Shown here: piece after piece, positions 59,635-64,000 of the stretch
How positions within the stretch are numbered: position 1 is the stretch's first letter
Layout: each line of letters opens with the position of its first letter
The notes under the pieces: generated by a model
Database searches by the model: none
The model's input: the letters and a program-made list of their open reading frames with translations, nothing else
Told to the model about the DNA's origin: nothing
Source: Polyangiales bacterium
GTDB lineage: Bacteria > Myxococcota_A > Polyangia > Polyangiales > Polyangiaceae
Direction of reading: 5' to 3'
DNA length: 64,000 bases
Assembly: GCA_038231275.1 (NCBI GenBank)
Contig: JBBRLQ010000002.1
Coordinates: forward strand, 192,001 to 256,000
Made by a program: the position numbers and the translations under genes

Positions 59635-60680
59635 CAGCGCTCCCCCTTCTTCTTGGCGGCGGGCTTCACCACATCGTGATCGGCGAAGACGAGCTCGTAG
59701 ACCGCCTTCGCGTCAGGTACCGGCTCTTCGCGCACGCGCTTCAGCGCGTCGAGGAGCTCCTGCGTGTACCGCTCGCGGAGCGCGTCCATGTGCGGGCGCG
59801 TGAGGATGCCGCGGCCTTCGAGCGTGGACTCGAACTTGGCGAGGCAGTCCGGCTCCTCCGTGATGAAGTTCGCGCCCGACGACGACGAGTGGCCGTAAAG
59901 CCTCGAGACCATCACCTCGAGGAGGTACGGCCTTCGCTCCGTGCGCACGTACTCCATCGCTTGCTTGATGGCGCGGTACGACATCTCGGGATCGTTCCCC
60001 TCGATCGTCGCCGTCTCGAAGCCGAACGCCTTGCCGCGATCGGCGATGCGCTTCTCCCCGTGCTGCTCGTTCGACGGCGTGGAGATACCGTACTGGTTAT
60101 TCGTCACGATCATCAGCACCGGCAACGGATTGGCCGGGCGACTGGACCAGACCAGGCAGCTCGCGAACTCCCCCTCGGCGGTGCCCGCGTCGCCGCCGGT
60201 GACGATCGTGATGCCGCGGCCGCCCGCGCGCTTGTTGGCGATCGCGGTGCCAGGAGCCATCGCGTACTGCACTTCGATCGGCGACGAGACCGGGACCACG
60301 TTCCAGCGGCGCACAGCGTAGTGGTTGCAGAAGTTACGGCCGCCCGAGTACGGGTCGGTCGCGACGCTCTTCATCTGACGAATCGTGTCGACCGGATCGG
60401 CGCCCATCGCGAGGAGCGTCGCGCTCTGGCGGTAGTGGAAATGGCAGTAGTCGAACTCAGGCCCTTCGCCTTTGTGGACGAGGAGGCCGAGCGGGACGTT
60501 GAACGCCTCTTCGCCCGGTCCGCCGATCCAGAAGTAGCCATCGCCTTGCTTCTGCATCTTGATTAGGCGCTCCTCGAGGAGGCGCGCCTTGAGCATGAGG
60601 TCGTGCATCTGCACGAGCAGATCGGGGGCGAGGCGCACGTGGTGTGCGCCGTTTTCTTTGAGCGGGAGGCCTGCGGTCAC
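59634..60680 (-). CDS. 2-oxoacid dehydrogenase E1 alpha subunit (branched-chain-like)
   Basis: GEEA, HYR, ThDP motif GDAG...NNQYGIS, RLYGHS. Confidence 0.92.
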   Translation of the reverse strand: MTAGLPLKENGAHHVRLAPDLLVQMHDLMLKARLLEERLIKMQKQGDGYFWIGGPGEEAFNVPLGLLVHKGEGPEFDYCHFHYRQSATLLAMGADPVDTIRQMKSVATDPYSGGRNFCNHYAVRRWNVVPVSSPIEVQYAMAPGTAIANKRAGGRGITIVTGGDAGTAEGEFASCLVWSSRPANPLPVLMIVTNNQYGISTPSNEQHGEKRIADRGKAFGFETATIEGNDPEMSYRAIKQAMEYVRTERRPYLLEVMVSRLYGHSSSSGANFITEEPDCLAKFESTLEGRGILTRPHMDALRERYTQELLDALKRVREEPVPDAKAVYELVFADHDVVKPAAKKKGER

Positions 60681-61627
60681 GGGGTCTTTTTAGACGCCCA
60701 CGGCCCCCACCGCAAAGGCCAAAGGTGCGAAAGGGGTGCTTTTCCGCCGCTCGAGGGGGTCGGGGCCTCTTCTCCCATCGCGATGTCCGGTGACGCATCG
60801 TCGGTCGGTGCAAGAACGCAGCGCGTCACGTCGACTTCGGCGGAGGGCGGATCGTCGAGCCGCTCGCCCGTTACGCGCACGACGACGCACGTGACGTTGT
60901 CCGGCCCTCCGTAGGCGAGCGCGCGATCGACGAGCGCTTCGCACGCGGCGGCGGGATCGGCGGCCTCCCCGAGCAGCTGCGCGAGGAGCGCGTCGCCGAC
61001 CGGCCCATGCAGACCGTCGGAGCAGACGAGGATGACGTCACCCTTGAAGAGGCGGATCGCGCGCAGATCGACGTCGACGTGTTCGGCGGTGCCCACCGCC
61101 TGAAGGATCACGTTCGCGTGAGGGAACGTCGCGACGTCCTGGGGGGCGAGCTGCCCTTTCTCGACCATCATCTGCGCGAGCGTCTGATCGCGCGTGAGCT
61201 GCGTGAGCTTCCCGAGGCGATGCAGGTACGCCCGGCTGTCGCCGATCTGCGCGACGACGAGGCGATCACCGGCCACCGTCGCGATCGTCGCGGTCGTGCC
61301 CATTCCGCGAAGCGTCACGTCACGCCGCGCGATCGCGAAGAGGCGCTGGGTCGCGTCCTCGATCGCATCGAAGAGCGCACGCGCCGCCGAATCCTCCGTC
61401 TCCGGCGCCCGCGCCCGCAGGACCTCCTCGATGACGCTGACCGCGCGCGAGCTCGCGATCTGCCCTCCTGCGACGCCGCCCATGCCGTCGCACACCCCAA
61501 ACGCCAGCGCGGCCGGCAAGAGGGCGACGAGCGCGGTATCCTGGTTCTCCTCCCGCTCGAGGCCGCAATCGGTGTGGGAGGCGACCTCCAGGGAAATCCC
61601 CGGGGAAATGGCGTGCACCTGACTCAT
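60677..61627 (-). CDS. PP2C/PPM-family Ser/Thr phosphatase
   Basis: REENQD, CDGMGG, GTT, GDSRAY, CSDGL, GGPDNVT. Confidence 0.93.
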   Translation of the reverse strand: MSQVHAISPGISLEVASHTDCGLEREENQDTALVALLPAALAFGVCDGMGGVAGGQIASSRAVSVIEEVLRARAPETEDSAARALFDAIEDATQRLFAIARRDVTLRGMGTTATIATVAGDRLVVAQIGDSRAYLHRLGKLTQLTRDQTLAQMMVEKGQLAPQDVATFPHANVILQAVGTAEHVDVDLRAIRLFKGDVILVCSDGLHGPVGDALLAQLLGEAADPAAACEALVDRALAYGGPDNVTCVVVRVTGERLDDPPSAEVDVTRCVLAPTDDASPDIAMGEEAPTPSSGGKAPLSHLWPLRWGPWASKKTP

Positions 61628-61634
61628 GAGCCTC

Positions 61635-61703
61635 AATGTGCAACAGAAACTATAGTTGTCAACTGTTTCAGGTGCGACAGCGGTTGGCCAATCCAGGTAC
61701 AGT
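61635..61703. promoter_or_regulatory. Divergent promoter region with palindromic operator
   Basis: Minus strand TTGACA-N16-CACATT-N7-ATG. Plus strand TACAGT-N6-GTG. Palindrome AACTATAGTT at 61648-61657. Confidence 0.65.
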
Positions 61704-61709
61704 AGAGCG

Positions 61710-62225
61710 GTGAGCGACTGGCAGGAGCGCCTGGTCGAGGCGATGGAGGCGCGGGGGCTCTCGGGCGGCGAGCTGGCCCGACGCACGGGCTTCTCCGCGC
61801 AGTACATCAACTCGCTGAAGAGCAAAGAGCGGGGCGCGCGCCTACCGCTCGACACCGCGCGGCGGATCGCGCACGCGCTCGGAGTGTCGGTGGAGTGGCT
61901 GACGCGCGGCGCGGGTCCTCGCGAGCGGCTCAGCGACGTGTACGCGATCGTGCCGTCGTCAGGAGACGGCGATGGACCGATCACGCTGGAGCGGTACCCG
62001 AGCCGCGCTGAAGCCGTGGCGCTCCTCGCGACAACGGTCGAGCCCGAGGTCATCGCCGCGCTTCGCGCCGTCGTCCCCGACGACGCGGGCAGCGATCCCG
62101 GCCGCGAGTTCTGGATCGCCTACGCGCGCGATCTGGCGCGCGATCTGCGCAAAATCAAGACCGATCCGGCGTTGTCGGGCGCGGCCGAGACGCTGGGTCG
62201 CGGGGGAAGCAAGAAGGCGAGGTAG
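61710..62225 (+). CDS. XRE-family HTH transcriptional regulator
   Basis: RL..AM..RGLS..ELARRTG.S..YI...IAHALGVSVEWL..G. Confidence 0.85.
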   Translation: MSDWQERLVEAMEARGLSGGELARRTGFSAQYINSLKSKERGARLPLDTARRIAHALGVSVEWLTRGAGPRERLSDVYAIVPSSGDGDGPITLERYPSRAEAVALLATTVEPEVIAALRAVVPDDAGSDPGREFWIAYARDLARDLRKIKTDPALSGAAETLGRGGSKKAR

Positions 62226-62230
62226 CGCGC

Positions 62231-63163
62231 GTGGTCGCCGAGCGATCCCGGTCGCGCGCCTCCGTGCTCGCCGCCCTCGCGTGCGTCGCGAGCGCGTGCG
62301 CAGGCTCGTCGCGCCCCGCCGCCGATCCCGCCGCGATCGCGCGCGTCGCCGGGGAGCTCGGCGCGAGGACCGGCGCCGCCTCGTGCGCGCGGAGCCGCAG
62401 CGACCTCGTCACCCTCACGTTGGAAGAATGGCGCGCGCGGCCCGGCAGCCACGCGCTCGATCCCGACTGGGCGTGCGTCGCGATCGTCGACGACGTGGCG
62501 CGCGACTCGATGGGCAAATGTACGCCCGCCGTCGACGACGTCCTCACGCGCCCCGTCACCTTCGCGCGGCGCGTCACCGGCGAGCTCTTTTACGTGGGCC
62601 TCGATCCGCGCGAGTACGCCTACGATCTCGTCCCCGATGCCGCCGGAATCGGCGTCGAGGTGCGCGTCCAGCTCACCGGCCCTCTCGCGGCCGATCGCGC
62701 ACGGGTCGCCGCGATGCAGGCGAAGATGGACCAGGCCGCTGACTTCTGGTCCGCCCACAGCCCCGGCGGCGCCGTTCACTTTCGCTTCCGCGCAGAGACG
62801 ACCGACGTGGCGTCGCCTCATTTCCAGGTGCGCCTCTATGAGGGCGAGGGGCGCACGCCGTTCGACGTCTCGTGGGCCGAGGCGTGGCCGTGGCACCTCC
62901 TCGCCCACGAGATCGGCCACATGATGGGGCTCGACGACGAGTACGGGCAGCTCGAAAAAACCTGGGGCCACGCGATCGGTGAGGACGCGATCTGGGACCA
63001 CGACGTGATCGACAAGGTCCGCTGGTTCGGCTGCAACCCGGCGAGCCTCATGTGCGACAGCCGCGGGCTCGCGAGCACTCCGCTGCGCTACCACTACTAC
63101 GTGCTGCTTCGCCGGCGCGCCTGCCGCGTCACCCCGCCGGAGCGCGATCTCGTCGCGCCGTGA
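62231..63163 (+). CDS. Putative zinc metallopeptidase lipoprotein
   Basis: ASAC lipobox, AHEIGHMMGLDDEY, SLM Met-turn. Confidence 0.7.
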   Translation: MVAERSRSRASVLAALACVASACAGSSRPAADPAAIARVAGELGARTGAASCARSRSDLVTLTLEEWRARPGSHALDPDWACVAIVDDVARDSMGKCTPAVDDVLTRPVTFARRVTGELFYVGLDPREYAYDLVPDAAGIGVEVRVQLTGPLAADRARVAAMQAKMDQAADFWSAHSPGGAVHFRFRAETTDVASPHFQVRLYEGEGRTPFDVSWAEAWPWHLLAHEIGHMMGLDDEYGQLEKTWGHAIGEDAIWDHDVIDKVRWFGCNPASLMCDSRGLASTPLRYHYYVLLRRRACRVTPPERDLVAP

Positions 63164-63518
63164 CGTCTCTCGCGACTCGCGCCGCGAGGACGGCGGCGAC
63201 GGTCACGCCGAGAACGTCTGCGACGAAATCGGACCACGACGAGCTCCGGTTCGCCGAGAACCTCTGGAGCACCTCGTCGGTCGCGGCGGCGGCGAGCACC
63301 AGCACCGGCCCCAGCGGGAGCGCGCGCGCCATCGCACGGTGCGCGAAGAGCCCGTCGGCGAAGAACGCCAAGAGTCCCATGAAGACGAGGTGCGCGAAGA
63401 AGTCGAGGTGCGGAATGCCGAGCGCCGAGAGGCGGAGGGCGCCAGAGTACGCCAGGCACGACGCGAGGACGCACACCGAGAGGACCGCTGCGAAGCCGAT
63501 GATCCAGAATCGTCTCAT
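63129..63518 (-). CDS. VanZ-like membrane protein
   Basis: D..AH, DEVLQ...R.SSWSDFVADVLG. Confidence 0.8.
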   Translation of the reverse strand: MRRFWIIGFAAVLSVCVLASCLAYSGALRLSALGIPHLDFFAHLVFMGLLAFFADGLFAHRAMARALPLGPVLVLAAAATDEVLQRFSANRSSSWSDFVADVLGVTVAAVLAARVARDVTARRDRAPAG

Positions 63519-63527
63519 ACGACGTTG

Positions 63528-63553
63528 GACGACGGGCGCCTGCGAATCGTTCC
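63528..63553 (-). promoter_or_regulatory. Possible ECF-sigma promoter for the vanZ-like gene
   Basis: Minus strand GGAAC-N17-CGTC, 9 nt before ATG. Confidence 0.45.
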
Positions 63554-63649
63554 GCCGTCGACGTCGGGCGGCGACCGTTCGCGTGCGGTCGGCGACCGTT
63601 CGCCGCCAGCCAGCGGTCAGCCCAGCGTGCGGTCAGTCGAGCGAGCGCA

Positions 63650-64000
63650 TCAGCCCAGCGAGTGGATCGATACGCCGGCAACCAGGGCGGCCAGGACGAA
63701 GCCGGCCACGACCTCGAGCGGCTTGTGTCGCTCGTCTCGCACGCGTGCCCAGACCAGCATGAGCGCGACGAGCGCGAAGACCAAGGCCCCGCGAGGCGCG
63801 CCGGGGAGGAGCGCGAACGCCGCGCCTGCCGCGACGCCGACGTGCCCGCTCAGCTTGAGGCCGAGGCGCGTGATGAACGTCGCCGCGAGCGCGCCGATCA
63901 TCGCGCCGATGGATGCAGACACGACGATCCGCGGAGCGTCGAGGGCGAGTGTGCCGCCGAGGAGGCCGAGCGCGCAGAGCGCCGCGAACGCGAGGAGCGG
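63650..64000 (-). CDS. Membrane protein, PAP2-like C-terminus (5' part outside the window)
   Basis: KLSGH and WARV..RH...EV..G motifs, hydrophobic. Frame stays open to the window edge. Confidence 0.6.
   Translation of the reverse strand, partial: PLLAFAALCALGLLGGTLALDAPRIVVSASIGAMIGALAATFITRLGLKLSGHVGVAAGAAFALLPGAPRGALVFALVALMLVWARVRDERHKPLEVVAGFVLAALVAGVSIHSLG

Noticed and set aside
61710-62225. XRE gene as a prophage repressor
   Set aside because: No integrase, structural or replication phage genes nearby, and no S24 peptidase domain.
1-64000. Many long overlapping or antisense ORFs in the track (e.g. 1987-4041, 7555-9414, 45930-48338)
   Set aside because: Arg/Ala/Pro-rich shadow frames expected in high-GC DNA; they overlap genes that have clear motifs.

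Overview
A gene-dense, very GC-rich (roughly 70% by eye) bacterial chromosomal segment. It looks like Myxococcota (Polyangiaceae/Labilithrix-like), inferred from many lipoproteins with Gly/Ser or Asp/Ala/Gly linkers, a MYXO-CTERM-like tail, eukaryote-like Ser/Thr kinases, a TPR-PEGA protein and an FHA protein. About 55 CDS are recognisable. These include pip, zwf, uppP, msrB, an ECF42-type sigma factor with its YciI partner, isolated gspC and gspD, an AddAB-like helicase-nuclease, an Omp85-family protein, 2-oxoacid dehydrogenase E1 alpha/beta and a PP2C phosphatase. I saw no rRNA, tRNA, CRISPR array, integrase or transposase. The most notable observations are: (1) a lipoprotein closely resembling animal c-type (GH22) lysozyme; (2) sigma54-type -24/-12 motifs upstream of gspC, gspD, the lysozyme and other exported proteins, suggesting a co-regulated secretion/lysis module; (3) a PP2C gene translationally coupled to E1 alpha/beta whose phosphorylation-loop equivalent is Ser-rich; (4) a stand-alone PEP-utiliser swivel domain with His replaced by Asp; (5) widespread apparent leaderless transcription; (6) several candidate operators; (7) a probable frameshift. 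All calls were made by eye from motifs; no database searches were run.
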